NCBI RefSeq assembly: GCF_902713615.1
Contig: NC_052154.1
Coordinates: forward strand, 162,139,988-162,203,987
Source of the DNA: Scyliorhinus canicula
Taxonomy: Eukaryota
DNA: 64,000 bases
Direction: 5' to 3'
Below are positions 1 to 12,212 of the stretch, piece after piece. The position numbers were made by a program, and so were the translations under genes. Positions within the stretch are counted from its first letter, which is position 1. The number at the start of each line of letters is the position of its first letter. A model generated the notes under the pieces. It had not been told where the DNA came from. It saw only the letters and a list, made by a program, of their open reading frames with translations, and did not search any database.

Positions 1-132
1 GTGATGAAGGCCATCCAGGAAGCTCGTAAAATGAGAGAACAATTGCAACGAGAGCAGCAGTTACAGCAGCCTGGGATTGATGGGAAGATGTCATCCATGA
101 ATAGCCTGGGAATTAACTGCACGGGTAATAAG
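1..132 (+). CDS. SOX6: SOX6 coding exon, 5' end outside the window; coiled-coil/Q-rich region
   Basis: Translates [44 protein letters not shown], close to vertebrate SOX6 as recalled ([33 protein letters not shown]...). Ends at a consensus donor AAG|GTAAGT (GT 133-134), phase 0. Confidence 0.95.
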
Positions 133-2543
133 GTAAGTGTTTGCACTGACACTCTGCAGAGAGGGCCCCAGCAACACACAAAAAAGTAAACAGACTTTCA
201 TCTATTGGTTGAGTGACTTCTAGGGCAGAAATGAATATTGGGCTTTATTCCGTCATTTACCTCAGCCTTCCAAGTTAACAAGGTGCGGTTTCCACTTGGG
301 GCGCAATCAGAACTCCAGGTGCAAATTGCACTCAACGTTGTGCTAGTCTTCAGAAGTAATATTTTTGAATAGTTTCCTTATTGTTACGATGCAGCTAAGG
401 ACCAAAAACATTTTATTTAAAGTAGAAAAAGTTTGAAATCCCAGTTACCCACCAGGAGAATAAAACCACGAGATTTGGTTTTAAACAAGCAAATTTAACT
501 TTACCATATAAAGTTAGAAAATAAAACAATCGACAAAATCTAACTTATGTTAATTCTGAATGTTAGAATATGAGGTAAATCAAATTAAGCAGGTAAACTG
601 TGGTGAAACACACCAAAATGCACATTAAGAGGCAGATGGACCAAGACAGATCCTGTGGATTTCTTAGCAACCCATCCAGATGTTGGTGACCACTTTGAGT
701 CACAATATCTTGCTAAAACTCTTTTATGAGGATTTCAACTCTTCACTTTTGAAAATCTATCCTGTGAATTCCCTCAAAAACCTTAATGACTGCTCACCTC
801 CCAATGGTTCAATCTTCCCTCCTGAGACTGTGTTCCATAGGATTCACAAAGCTTTGTTCCAGCCTCTAACTACTGATACACTTACAACTCTGTTGCAGCT
901 CTCTAGCTTCACTAAGCTGGCACTGCCCCGGATTTATCCAAACTGTATTTTCCTGGCTGCACTGAGATGTAAAAGGCTCCCAGGGCTTCCTCTGAGCCCT
1001 AATCTTCCCCAGCATGAAACCAGCAACATTCCACCACCTGTTCCTCAGGTCTTCTCTGAGCCCTAACTGCCTAGAGCCTGTTGACATCTACCCGGCAGTG
1101 GGGTTCTCATTGTGGCCACCCCACGCCATCGGGAAATCCGTGGGCGTGGGTGCAATGGCAGAGGGCCGGAGGATCCCTCCGACAGAGAATTCCGCTGATA
1201 CCTTTCTAGCTATTAACCCCTTAAGTCAGTTGCCCAAATCTTTAAACATAATTGATTCCAATCTTCCTTAGTTGGATTTATTCCATTTTCTACAGTTAAA
1301 CTTTAATCTTCCTGAAATTAAACATTACCTCTAAAATATTAACAGGAACCATGAATTAGACACTTGTCACACCACAAATATATCACCAAATATAAAATTG
1401 TTCATGATCCATTGAAACAGGGCAACGATTAAAAGTGTACTTAAAAAAAAAAATTGGATAAAAAAAAATCCTTGATCCATTTGAGAATGGTAACCTGTTG
1501 CAGTTTCATTAATACAGCTGAAAATCAGTTAATCACAAAAAAATAAGCATTTCAAATCGGAGTAACTTGTCCAGCTGTAAGTAACTCAATTTTAAATAAT
1601 TGAAAAGTCTTTTAAAAGAGAAACACAGAACGATTCAGAAGTTTCATTGAAGCGCAGTAGTCGGTTTACAAGTAAGGTATTATTTTTTAACTTACAAGTT
1701 TTACAAAGCTGTGAATTTGTGTCCCTGCTGCTTAAAAAACAAAGCTTAATTTAAAGAGTCTCCTTAAGTGGCCCAAAAATGAGAGCCATTAGCAGAAACT
1801 TGCTGTGATGATTAATTTGTTCTCGGGCACGGTCAGTTTTGTGGCTAGGGCCAGCTTTCAACAAGATAGAAAATTGCAGATTTGCAGTAGACTCAACTTG
1901 TTTTAAATTCCTTGACCCTTTTCACTGGGTTAGACCATTTTGAACCTGTGAAAACCTGGCATAAACTCCAGGTCAAGATCTGTCTTGAGGTAGGGTGTAC
2001 ATTCTGAAAATCCAGGTTCCCCACTCCAGCCACCCCAGCTTGTGTAATTGGGGAACTCTTCATCATTTTAATGAACTATAACTTCATGAATTGTCGTTCT
2101 CACATTAGATAATTAACTGGATGACAAGCCAGGTTGTGCCAAAGATTTAGGCCATATTGTCACTGGAAAATTGCATCCTTGCAGTTTGGTAGATAAGGAT
2201 ATGTTTGGCAATTTGCCACCATTTGTACAATGGATCAGAATAATCATCAACGAGTGGCTATGAAAGCTAGAGCATTACCATTGGATTATGAGTATATCTC
2301 AGTGGGTTCATAGAATCATAGAATTTACAGTGCAGAAGAAGGCCATTTGGCTCATCGAATCCGTACCAGCCCTTGGAAAGAGCACTCTACCTAAACCCAC
2401 ACCCACCCTATCCCGACACATCCACTCTATCCCTGTAACCCCACCTCATCGTTTTTTGATGTGGAGATGCCGGCGTTGGACTGGTGTGAGCACAGTAAGA
2501 AGTCTTACAACAGCAGGTTAAAGTCCAACATGTTTGTTTCAAA

Positions 2544-2578
2544 CACTAGCTTTCAGAGCACTGCTCCTTCCTCAGGTG
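2544..2578 (-). ncRNA. Minimal hammerhead motif, mirror copy (one G-U pair in stem II)
   Basis: Minus strand reads CAC-CUGAGGA-A-GGAGC-agu-GCUCU-GAAA-GC-UA^GUG. Confidence 0.65.
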
Positions 2579-2596
2579 AATGAAGAGGTATGTATT

Positions 2597-2631
2597 CACC
2601 TGAGGAAGGAGCAGTGCTCCGAAAGCTAGTG
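2597..2631 (+). ncRNA. Minimal type I hammerhead ribozyme motif
   Basis: CAC-CUGAGGA-A-GGAGC-agu-GCUCC-GAAA-GC-UA^GUG: CUGANGA and GAAA cores, 5-bp stem II, palindromic AGCU stem III, UH site, CAC/GUG stem I. Confidence 0.75.
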
Positions 2632-3841
2632 TTTGAAACAAACATGTTGGAGTTTAACCTGGTGTTGTAAGACTTCTTACTAATCTTTTTTAGGACACTA
2701 AGGGCAATTTAGCATAGCCAATCTACCTAACCTGCACACCTTTGGACTGTGGAAGGAAACCGGTGCACCCGGAGGAAACCCACGCAGTCACGGGGAGAAC
2801 GTGCAGACTCCGTACAGACAGTGACCCAAGCCGGGATCGAACCTGGGACCCTTAAGCTGTGAAGCAACTGTGCTAACCACTGTGCTACCGTGCTGCTATA
2901 TGAGTTCACTAAGCTCCCTCATATAATCAGACTCAAAGACCACAAATTTCCCGCCAACAAGATGTTCTGGTCGAATTTGACCCGCCCACTGTTCTCCATG
3001 AGCGGGATGGGTGCACCATGAAAAATGCCATAGATTTTGGTAGGACCGGAAGATCCTGCCAATTGGCAATCTGCCTCCATTAAAGGAAACCCTGCTGCAG
3101 GGTGGGGGGGGGGGGGGGACTGAAATATTCCGGCATTGCTAGTCAGGGACCCAATATGCAGACCTTCTGAGTGAGCTGTTTCTAGAACAATCAGTCAATC
3201 CATAATGCCATGCTGACACACCATATAGCAAGTTGCACACTGAGGCTGGTAACTCAAAAGCAAGTTGTTTTAATCCGATCAAGGAAATATTTAAACAAGA
3301 CTACACAAAGATTGATAGAGGTGGGGCAGACAAAGCAAAATTAACAATAGCATAATTCTTTTATTTGTTTTTTCACAAGGGTTACTTTGATAATACCTCT
3401 TTCTGACTTGCAGCTAATAACTTGTTCAAGGATAATTTGCCATAGGCGTACCTGAAGTTCAAAGAATGAATGTTCCTGTTAATATGCATTTTAACTCCAA
3501 GTGCTTTGTTGCTTATTGGGTGGCACTATTAAGGCCTAAACAATTCCAGATAAGTGGAATTACGTTAACCTGCTATTTAGAGTGAAACACGTTTATGGCC
3601 AGAATTCTTCAGATGATGGTGTCTTGTTTCCTGTCATTCAAAGAGTTGGTGAGGAACTCATTCCCTCCAACTCCGACTACCCCACGGCCAATTTACGGTC
3701 CAATGGGCATTGATTGGCTTTGGGCGGGACTTCCACCCCATACTCGGGGGCAGGCCCATCTTAGACAGCTGCCAGCCAATCCCTGAAGAAATAGCACTGT
3801 AGTGGACAGAAGAAGAAATTCAAGAAAACTTCAGAGACAAA

Positions 3842-4818
3842 GGGCGGGATCTACCGTCACGTTGTGCCAGAACGGGAGCATGGCGCAGCCGGTAGATGCT
3901 GAGAGAGGCCTTCCGTGGGCTTCCCGATAGCCAGTACACCACATGCCACAATGGGCAGGACCAAATCGCGCAAGCCTAAGTAGCGTTAAAACCTGCTCAA
4001 CCCTAGGATTTAATCCTACTTATGCGTGCTTACCCCGGATCTATCAGGCTTGTGACATCTAACTGGCCTCCCCAGGGGGATCCCAGCCGGGCGCCATTCA
4101 CTGCTAATATGGACCAGGTGGAAAGGCACCTGGGATTCTCCCAGGACATTAGAGGCCCCTAAGTGGTCAGGGACAGGGCAGGGTGGCCCTCTGGCCCTCC
4201 CCCTTGAATTTGGGCACATGGCACTGCCAAGCTGGCATAGTGGCGCTGCCTCCCAAGCACGACCAAGGTGCCTGGGTGGCACTGCAAAGCCAGCAGAAGC
4301 ACTGCCAGGGTGGCACTGCCAAGGGTCAGGACCTGGGGGTCCATGCCCATGGGAAGAGCATGGGGGGTATGAAGGGTAGGGTCGTTGGGAGAGTATAAAG
4401 GGCCTCTGGAAGGATACGGGGAGGGTGAAGTGGGGGGGGGTTCTGGAAGGGGGGCCTGAAAGGTGGCATGGGAAGGCCTGAAAATTGGGGGGCCCCTCAG
4501 TGACCCACGGTGGGGTGTCATCACTTTGGGTGTGATCTTGCCCATTGGTGGGGGTGTGGAAACCCACAGGCTGACTTAGAGATCGGGGCACCCTTTCAAA
4601 ATGAAGGCCCAATCTCTGAGGAGCCGGCCTGGTCAGGGAGTTCAGCTCCCCAGGAATGAAATTAATTCTCAATGTTGGTTTGACTGCGGAGAAACCCCCA
4701 GGGCCCCAAAAAGTGACTAAGTGTGTTTATATAGGGAACTTGCCCACAGAGCCGGGATGAAAGTCCCAGCAAAACCCACCACAAATGATGCTTAGAACTT
4801 TTCCGTCAGATTGCGCCC
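3842..4818. mobile_element. ~1-kb non-autonomous TIR element, same family as 51904-52827
   Basis: Ends GGGCGGGATCT...AGATTGCGCCC; internal collinearity with the 52-kb copy (e.g. CCCCAGGGCCC-AAAAAGTGAC). Confidence 0.75.
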
Positions 4819-4966
4819 AAGTCCAGCAACGGGAAACACAGATAAATTCATGGGGCCAGCCTGCGAGGGTAGGTAGGGAAGGCCAGGGAAGATGTGGGAA
4901 GACCCGATCGGTGTCTCGGGCATAGGCTGGGGTTAAGGGAGGTCCAGAGGTCACTGGACCTTAAGG

Positions 4967-5000
<34 letters not shown>

Positions 5001-7265
5001 GGTGCCTGACTTCAGAGGGACTTCTGATGGAGGCACCTCCCATCCACCCTTCATGGTGAAGATGTAATTTTGTTTTATTTTCCGCTTCCCCTACGGATCT
5101 TCCTGGTAGCCTAAAACAATCCCCCTCACTGGTGTGGGAGTGTAAAATTCCAGCCTATGTTTTGCATATTTAAAGTTGTGGCCTGCTGTATCCAGGAAAG
5201 GAAAAATGAAATTCCTAAGCCTAGCATGAATCCCAACTATTTCAGTTGAGTTGAAAAGTATTTGTGAATAATTCAGTGGAGGTAGTTTGAGGCTAAGTGA
5301 AATACCCTGACCCAACCTTTGAAGAGAATCAGTTATGCGCTTGCAAGCCAAGTGTGAGTAGCAGAGTCACAGATCTTTTGTTAACCCATCCACTGCCTTC
5401 ATTGCATTTAATAATTTGATTGGAGCTATAAAATGTGTCACAAACTGATGGCTGGGATGAACCTGGAATGTTTACTGGCTTTACCACAGGATTTTTACAC
5501 AGGATTTAGGATTGTACACATGTATGAAAATCTGGGTAATGAGCACATGTGTAATGATCAGACTTTCTGTTAAAAGACTCATCTCAGAGGATGAAACCCA
5601 ATAACGCTCATCCAATCAATTGCCACTTCACTCCCTGCAGAATCTAACTTCAATTTCATTCCCACAGGTAGAGAGCTCGCAGGAAAGGACAGTTTATTTT
5701 GACATTTGATTTATAATCTGTGAAGCATGTAATATTTTAATGGAATTTCCTGAGATGTAAATATATTCGTATTACTACATGGCTTATATAAAGTGAGCAT
5801 TCAGATGAATTGAGACAGTGGAGTTTTGAAATGCATTCCTAAAGTACTGTGCAATATGTGTAGAAAAAAATGTTGCAGTGCATTTTATTTGGGATAAGAG
5901 AGGTGAGGATAGAAATTGGTCCTAGTTGCAGCAATGAAACTTCTAGCTATGAATCAAGTGGGAAATAAAAATGCTAAATATGATAACGAGGGTTTGAATA
6001 CCTATCACAAGACATTGGGCCCTGAATGGATGAGGCCTCATCCCTGTAATGCTCAGGTTTGTGGGCCCTCGTTAAGATGCAGCTTGGCCTCCCCTGGAAA
6101 TGTGTGTGAGTTTGTTTTATAGTGTGGCGATGTCAGAAGCAGAACTCCAGCTCGTTGTCAGCCATGGTCTATTTGGTCAAAAGTCTGTGGGTTTGAGTCC
6201 CACAAAATTGCAGGCTGGCTCTCCAGTGCAACTGAGGGAGTACTGCGTTGGTGTAGGTGTGCCATCTTTCAGATGAGACGTAAAACTGAGGTCCCATTTA
6301 TCCCGAGGTTAAAAAATCCCATAGCACTTTAAAGAAGATTAGGATAGTTATTCCCCAGTGTCATTACTAATATTTATCCCCCAAGCAACAGCAGAAAAAC
6401 TTATTGGGGTGGATTATCCAGGGTGGTAAAAGAAAGAGGAAATAGCAGAGCAGCCCCAACCCCCGCCCGCCCCAGCCCACACTCATTTTATGAACTGCGC
6501 CCCCCCCCCACCTTTGCCTTTAAATACATAAACTTCAACCCATATTGTCTGGTCACCATCACATTGCTGTCTGTGGGAACTTTCTATGCACAAATCATGT
6601 TATCAGATTTATTGGAGTTCTTTGATGGAGTCATGTGTGCCGTGGACGAAGAGGAACCAGTGGAAATACTGCACTTAGATCTCCAGAAGGCATTTGATGA
6701 GGTGCCGAATCAAAGATTATTGTGGAAAATAAAAGCTCATGGTGCAGGAGGTAACATATTGATATGAATAGAAGATTAGCTAACTAACAGGAAACATAGT
6801 TAGTGTAAATGGGCCACTTTTTGGTTGGCAGGATGTGATGAGTGGTATGCCACAGATATCAGTGCTGGGCCCTTAACATTTTACGCTTTATATAAATGAC
6901 TTGGATGAAGGGACCCAAGGTATGGAAGTGAAATTTGCTGACAACGTAAATATAGGTAAAAAGAGGATATAAGAATCTTAACAAAACAATGCAGATAAGT
7001 TAAGCAAGGACAAAGATCTGGCAAACAGAGGATGATGTACACAAATTTGAAATTGTCCATTTTGGCAGGAAGAATAACAAAGAAACGTATTATCTAAACA
7101 GTGAGCGATTGCAGAGCTTTGAGATTCCAAGGGATCTCGGTGTCCCCGTGTATGAATTATAATGCAGTGAGAGCAAATAATTAAGAAAACTAAATTTAAA
7201 AATTCTGATTTGTTGTGAGAGGAATTGTTTTGAAAAGGGGTTCTATGGAGTACTGGTTAGACCAC

Positions 7266-8568
7266 GGAGTGGATTCTCCATTTTCTGATGCCATGATCGC
7301 GATTCCCGATCGGGTGGAGCATGGAGTATCCCCTGAGAAACGGGTTTGGTGTTGCAATGCTCTAATCATCTGCCAGTGGCTTCTGCGTGCTACCCACCCC
7401 AAGCCGGTGGTAATTTCCATCTATTCCAAGTTAATTAACAGGATGGAAGCCCTCCCCCCACAACGGAAATCCTGCCCCTCCACCCCACTGACAAATAGGA
7501 GCATTCTTCCCCCACCACGGGAATAACGAGTCACCCCCTCACCTCCCCACTGTAGGCATGAGGGTGACCTGTCCTCTCCAACTGACCCTCCCCATCAGAG
7601 ACCCTCCCCATCAGAGCCCCTCCCCCACAAAAGACCTCGGGCACGATTCTCCGACCCCCACGCCGGGTGGGAGAATCGCGGGAGTGCCGGGCGATACACG
7701 CCACGCCGCCCTGGCACCCGCACACGATTCTCTCCCCCCCCCCCCCCCCCCCCCCCCCAAAGCTGCGTGTCGTGTTTTACGACAGGCCGCTCGGAGAATC
7801 GTCGCTCGCCGTTTCTAATGGTCGAGTGGTGATTCTCGGGCCCGGATGGGCCGAGCGGCCTGCCCAATATGACCGGTTCACGCCGGCGCCAACCACACCT
7901 GGTTGCTGACGGCGTGAATAGCGTGTGAACACTGCGTGTGGGGCCTGTGGGGGGGGGGGGGATCGAGCCCCAGGGGGGTGCTCAGGAGGGGTCTGTTCCA
8001 CGATCGGTGCCCACGCACTCTTTTCCCTCCGCCGCCCCGCAAGATCACTCCGACATGTCTTGCGGGGCACCGCGGGGAGGACGGCAACCGCACATGCGGG
8101 GGTTGGCACCGGCCAACTTGCGCATGCGCGGGTGATGTCATTTACGCGCCGCCGCTTTGACGTGGGCGCCAAGGTCCGGCACGCTTAATTGATGCGGCGC
8201 GCGTAATTGACGTGGCGTGCGTAATTGACGCGGCGCCGCTCCTCGCCACTTGTGGTGGGAGAATAGGGGGTGAGGAGCGACCTCCGACGCCGGAGTGAAA
8301 CACTCCGGTTTTCATTCCAGCGTCGGCACTTTGTCTCCCTTTGGGAGAATTGCGCCGCTCATCTTTGACAGCAGGGGCAGGATTAGCATTGGGGGGGGGG
8401 TAGGGGGACATCTCAACATGGCGTTCCAATGCCGCGATTCTGACGGAATCTGGCAAATTCTCCACCATGCATATATTTGTATGGTTAAGGAGCGAGACTC
8501 TCACTTAGTGCCAAAGGAATCAAGTCCCGATTTTTTGCACTTATTTTCCAGAATTGAGAATCCAGGTC
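7266..8568. mobile_element. MITE (outer), 3-bp TSD CAC
   Basis: GGAGTGGATTCTC...GAGAATCCAGGTC; CAC at 7263-7265 and 8569-8571; removal restores CR1 GTTAGACCACATCTGG. Confidence 0.8.
7639..8357. mobile_element. CpG-rich MITE (inner), 3-bp TSD CTC
   Basis: GGGCACGATTCTCC...GGAGAATTGCGCCG; CTC at 7636-7638 and 8358-8360; internal 18-nt x3 tandem at ~8185-8237. Confidence 0.85.
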
Positions 8569-10444
8569 CACATCTGGAATATTGTGTAGTGTATTAATCA
8601 CCTTATTTACGGAAAGATGTAAATGTATTAGAAGCAGCTTCGCAAAAGTTTACTAGAATAATACCAGGAATGGGTGGGCTATCTTAAGAGGAAAGGTTGA
8701 ACAGGTTAAGTTTGTATACTCTGGAGTTTAGAAGAGCAAGAGTTGACTTGATTGAAATCTTTAAGCTCCTGAGGGGTCTTGACAGGATAGATATGGAGAG
8801 GATGTTTCCTCTTGTGGGAGAATCTAGAAATAGGGGTCGCTGTTTAAAAATAAGTGGTTGCTCATTTAAGACCGAGATGTGGAGAATTTTTTTCTCTGAG
8901 GGTGGTGAGTCTTTAGAACTCTCTTCCTCAAAAGGCAATGGAAGCTGAGTCTTCAATTGAATATTTTTAAGGCAGAGCTAAATAGATTCTTGATAAACAA
9001 GGGGGTGAAAGGTTAGCGGGGGTAGGCAGGAATGTGGGGTTGAGGTTCCAATCAGATCAGCCATGACCTTATTGAATGACAGAGCAAGCTCGAAGGGCCG
9101 AGTGGCCTACTTCTGTTCCTAACTCATATTTTGTATGTATATAAATTGGCAGCCAGGTTTTCTACATTACACCAGTGAGTACAAATGAGAAATTGCTTCA
9201 TTGACTATAAAGTGCTTTGGATCGTCCATGGCCATGAAAGGTCCAACATAAATGCTAACTTTTATTACTTTCCTGGCTCCAAGTCTTTCTCCAGGCTGCT
9301 TCCAATTACGATCATCATCTTTTTAATAATAACTTCATTGCAATGTTAATGTAAGCCTTCTTGTGACAATAATAAAGATTATTATTATTCCCCTCTCCCA
9401 CCCACCAACATAACTACCTCCACCCAGGGGCTTTTCCAAAGCACAACTGGACTCAGCAGATCACTCTGAATATTTAGGTGCAGCACAAGGACCAGTTTCT
9501 TGTGGTCCTCAGACTGTAGTCTTTGGGTACATACATTTTTCCCTGCTACAATGTACCCCATTAAAGCAGCCTGAACGAATTTCTGGGTGTCTGAGTGAAT
9601 TATTATTCCCCTGTACCACTCTTTGTTTTAACCACCCGAGTAACCTTCCATCTGCCTTACTTTAACAAGATCTCAACGATAATAAAAGGAGAAGGCCATT
9701 AATTCCATCGCTTTTACCCATCGAGCAAGACATTCCCTCACTGAGGCATCCAATCAATTCTGAAATTATTGCAGGCATTTCACCTCAACTGCTCGATCCA
9801 GGAATCCATTCTATGCATTGATCATTCCTAGTCTTATGAATTTTGTCATATCAGCCCTAAATTTGATACTGAATAGTTTGAGTCTTTATGGCTCGTCATA
9901 CATTCACAATTTAGTTTTAAGTAATTTTCCTGATATATTTTTTCATACCATTTACCATATTGCATTTCCTCTCTGATCAACATATCGTGGAGAGATTCAT
10001 GAAAATGAATGAGCCAGTTGGCAGAGAGCCATTAAAGAAAATCATTAATTTCCTTAAACGAGTAGATAAAAGTGGTCTTGCATATTGTGCTTTATTTTTC
10101 ATTCCACTCAATTATTTGACCAATGTCCCTTTGAATTTGTGTACAAGTTGGTGTATAGTTCAAAATGCTCTATCCAGGAGTCCATTCCATGTATCAACCA
10201 TTTCTTGGGTGAAGAATTTCCTGTTAACAGCCCTAAATTTGCGACCGAATAGTTTGAGCCTGTGACCCCTTGTCATACATTCGAAGTCTAGTTCAAAGCA
10301 ATTTTCCTGATTTATCTTTTTCTATACCATTTGCTGTGCTCAGTATCTAAACTAGGTTTTGCATGTGGGAGCCTGAAATTCCTAGGTTAGGGAAAGATGA
10401 AAAAAGTGGGGGCTGGAATTTTGTGGCACGGCACAAAGGATTTC

Positions 10445-11116
10445 CAAGGCGCGATGGCCCGACGCCAACGTAAAAAAAGGCGCGAACCACACCGGGGTAG
10501 GGCCGACTGGAAGGTGCGGAATACTCCGCACTTCCGGGGGCTAGGCCGGTGGCAGAGGGGTTGGCGCCGCGCCAGCCGGCACCGAAGGGACTGCGTGAGT
10601 TAGCGCATGTGCAGAACTGCCGGTGTGGTTCAGCGCATGCGCAGACCGGCTGGTGTATTCTGGCGCATGCGCAGCGGGTCGTCTTCTCCGCACTGGCCAT
10701 GGCAGAGCCCTATAGGGGCTGGTGCGGAAGGAAGAAGTGCCCTACAGCACAGGCCCACCCATAGATCGGTGGGCCCCGATTGCGGGCCAGGCCACCATGG
10801 GGCCCCCCCACCCGGGGTTGGATCGCCCCACGCCCTCCCGAGGACCGCACCAGCCAACGTATCTGCCAGGTCCCGCCGTGTGGGACCATGTCCAATCCAT
10901 GCCGGTGGGACTGGCCAGAAACCGACGGCCTCTCAGCCCATTGGGGCCCGGAGAATTGCTGGGGGGGGGGGGGGGGGGGGGTGCTGCCAATGGCCCCCGA
11001 CCGGCGCGGCGTGATCCTGCCCCCGGTTGAAAACCAGTGCCGGGGAATACGGCGGGGCGGGATTCACGCCGCCTCCGAGGATTCTCCGACCCGGAGGGAG
11101 GTGGGAGAATCCCGCC
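10445..11116. mobile_element. CpG-rich MITE with left end lost; inverse-orientation relative of 25902-26554
   Basis: Right TIR GGAGAATCCCGCCC; shared AAGGTGCGGAAT-CTCCGCAC internal palindrome. Confidence 0.8.
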
Positions 11117-11399
11117 CCAGTTGTCATCTTTGTGCAGGCAAATGGGCAAAATTCCATCTAAGGTGGCACCAGAAGCTAGTTGCCTGCTGACCCCCACCCC
11201 CAAGCATGTGCTGCCACCACATCAAGAGAGATGGGGACTTCGTAAGCTATGCCCTCTAACTTCTTCTAAGGCCCAAATGGACTCACACCCGCTGAGGGAT
11301 GGTCTCAATCCCAATAGAACCCTCCGAAAACACTGAAGTTTCTGACAACTATTAAAAGATTGTGCCTTTTAGCTGAAACCAGAATCCTTGAAGGTCTCA

Positions 11400-11735
11400 T
11401 CACTTACCAAATTAACGTCCATTTTCTCCCATTTGAATCTTCAATTGGCTTGTTGCCCCTTCCACAACATTGGAATGGTCCTCGTCAAAAAGCTTAGTGG
11501 AATTATCTAGTTATTGTCGCTCGTTATCCTGTTTGACCTCAATGCAGTCTTCCACCACAAAAATCTAACTCCAGTGTCTCTCCTCTGTTGTCCAATGGGA
11601 CAGTGCTTGCTCGGTTCCACTCTAATTTATCCAATCACAGCCAAAGCATCTCTGCCATTTTTTTTCCAACCCCCACACAGCCACTTGTGTAGGTCCTTAA
11701 GGTCCATCCTTGGTCCCTTTCTCTTTATGTACAGG
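11400..11735 (+). mobile_element. Old L2-like LINE RT fragment
   Basis: Degenerate LVILFDLNAVF (LLDLSAAF) and ...SILGPFLF motifs. Confidence 0.55.
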
Positions 11736-11917
11736 TTTTTTCTTTGCATCCTCATAGAGTCATAGAACGGAATTTTCCCATTTTCAGACTTAAATGTGGT
11801 GGCGGAAAGCGCTGGCAATGCCAAACGCAATCCTGCGACAGATTCGTAGCCTTAATAATTAGACACCGGCAAGTTCCCCTCTGACTCTTCTTCCACCCAC
11901 CCACAGCTGATCGTAGA

Positions 11918-12212
11918 CTCCCTACAGTGCAGAAGGAGGTAATTCGGCCCATCGAGTCTGCACCGACCTTCTGCAAAAGCCCCATCATATCCCCGTATCC
12001 CGGTAACCCCACCTAACCTTTTGGATACAAAGGACAATTTAGGATGGCCAATCCACCTAACCTGCACATCTTTGGACTGTGAGAGGAAATCGGAGCATCC
12101 GGAGGAAACCCACGCAGCCACGGGAAAAAGTGCAAACTCCACACAGACAGTCACCCGAGGCCGGAATTGAACCTGGGTCCCTGGTGAAGCAGCAGTGCTA
12201 ACCACTGTGCCG
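11918..12212 (-). mobile_element. HE1/V-SINE
   Basis: V-domain, tRNA-like head and CR1-like tail on the minus strand. Confidence 0.9.

Larger units (their letters stand above)
2457..2681 (-). mobile_element. Short palindromic Penelope-like retroelement fragment (inverted pLTR ends) inserted in a SINE
   Basis: 88-bp inverted arms 2494-2581 and 2594-2681 with 3 mismatches; extension TGATGTGGAGATGCCGGCGTTGG shared with the 16.3-kb copy; degenerate flanking duplication (tcatcgttttt / taatctttttt); hammerhead core in both arms. Confidence 0.8.
2309..2897 (-). mobile_element. HE1/V-SINE (tRNA-derived), interrupted by the Penelope-like palindrome
   Basis: Minus strand has the head AGCAGCACGGTAGCACAGTGGTTAGCAC, the V-domain GGGTTTCCTCCGGGTGCACCGGTTTCC and a CR1-like tail CTGCACTGTAAATTCTATGA. 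Confidence 0.9.
6596..9134 (+). mobile_element. 5'-truncated CR1 LINE (RT and 3' end), interrupted by nested MITEs
   Basis: LLEFFD...LDLQKAFDEVP RT motif; LNRLSLYTLEFRRARVDLIE; 3' tail GGGCCGAGTGGCCTACTTCTGTTCCT; many stops and frameshifts. Confidence 0.9.
6170..9265 (+). mobile_element. Deu-domain SINE (SacSINE1-like), split by later insertions; own segments ~6170-6400, 6542-6595, 9135-9265
   Basis: Deu core CTCCAGTGCAACTGAGGGAGTACTGC...CTTTCAGATGAGACGTAAAAC; tail AAGTGCTTTGG...GAAAGG...ATAAATGC resumes at ~9135. Confidence 0.75.

Noticed and set aside
133-189. C-terminal part of ORF 1..189 (VSVCTDTLQ...)
   Set aside because: Read-through past a perfect GTAAGT donor; SOX6 homology resumes at 31953.
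382-1371. Possible solo LTR (TGTTAC...GTCACA)
   Set aside because: No matching TSD and no second copy in the window; cannot be supported without a repeat library.
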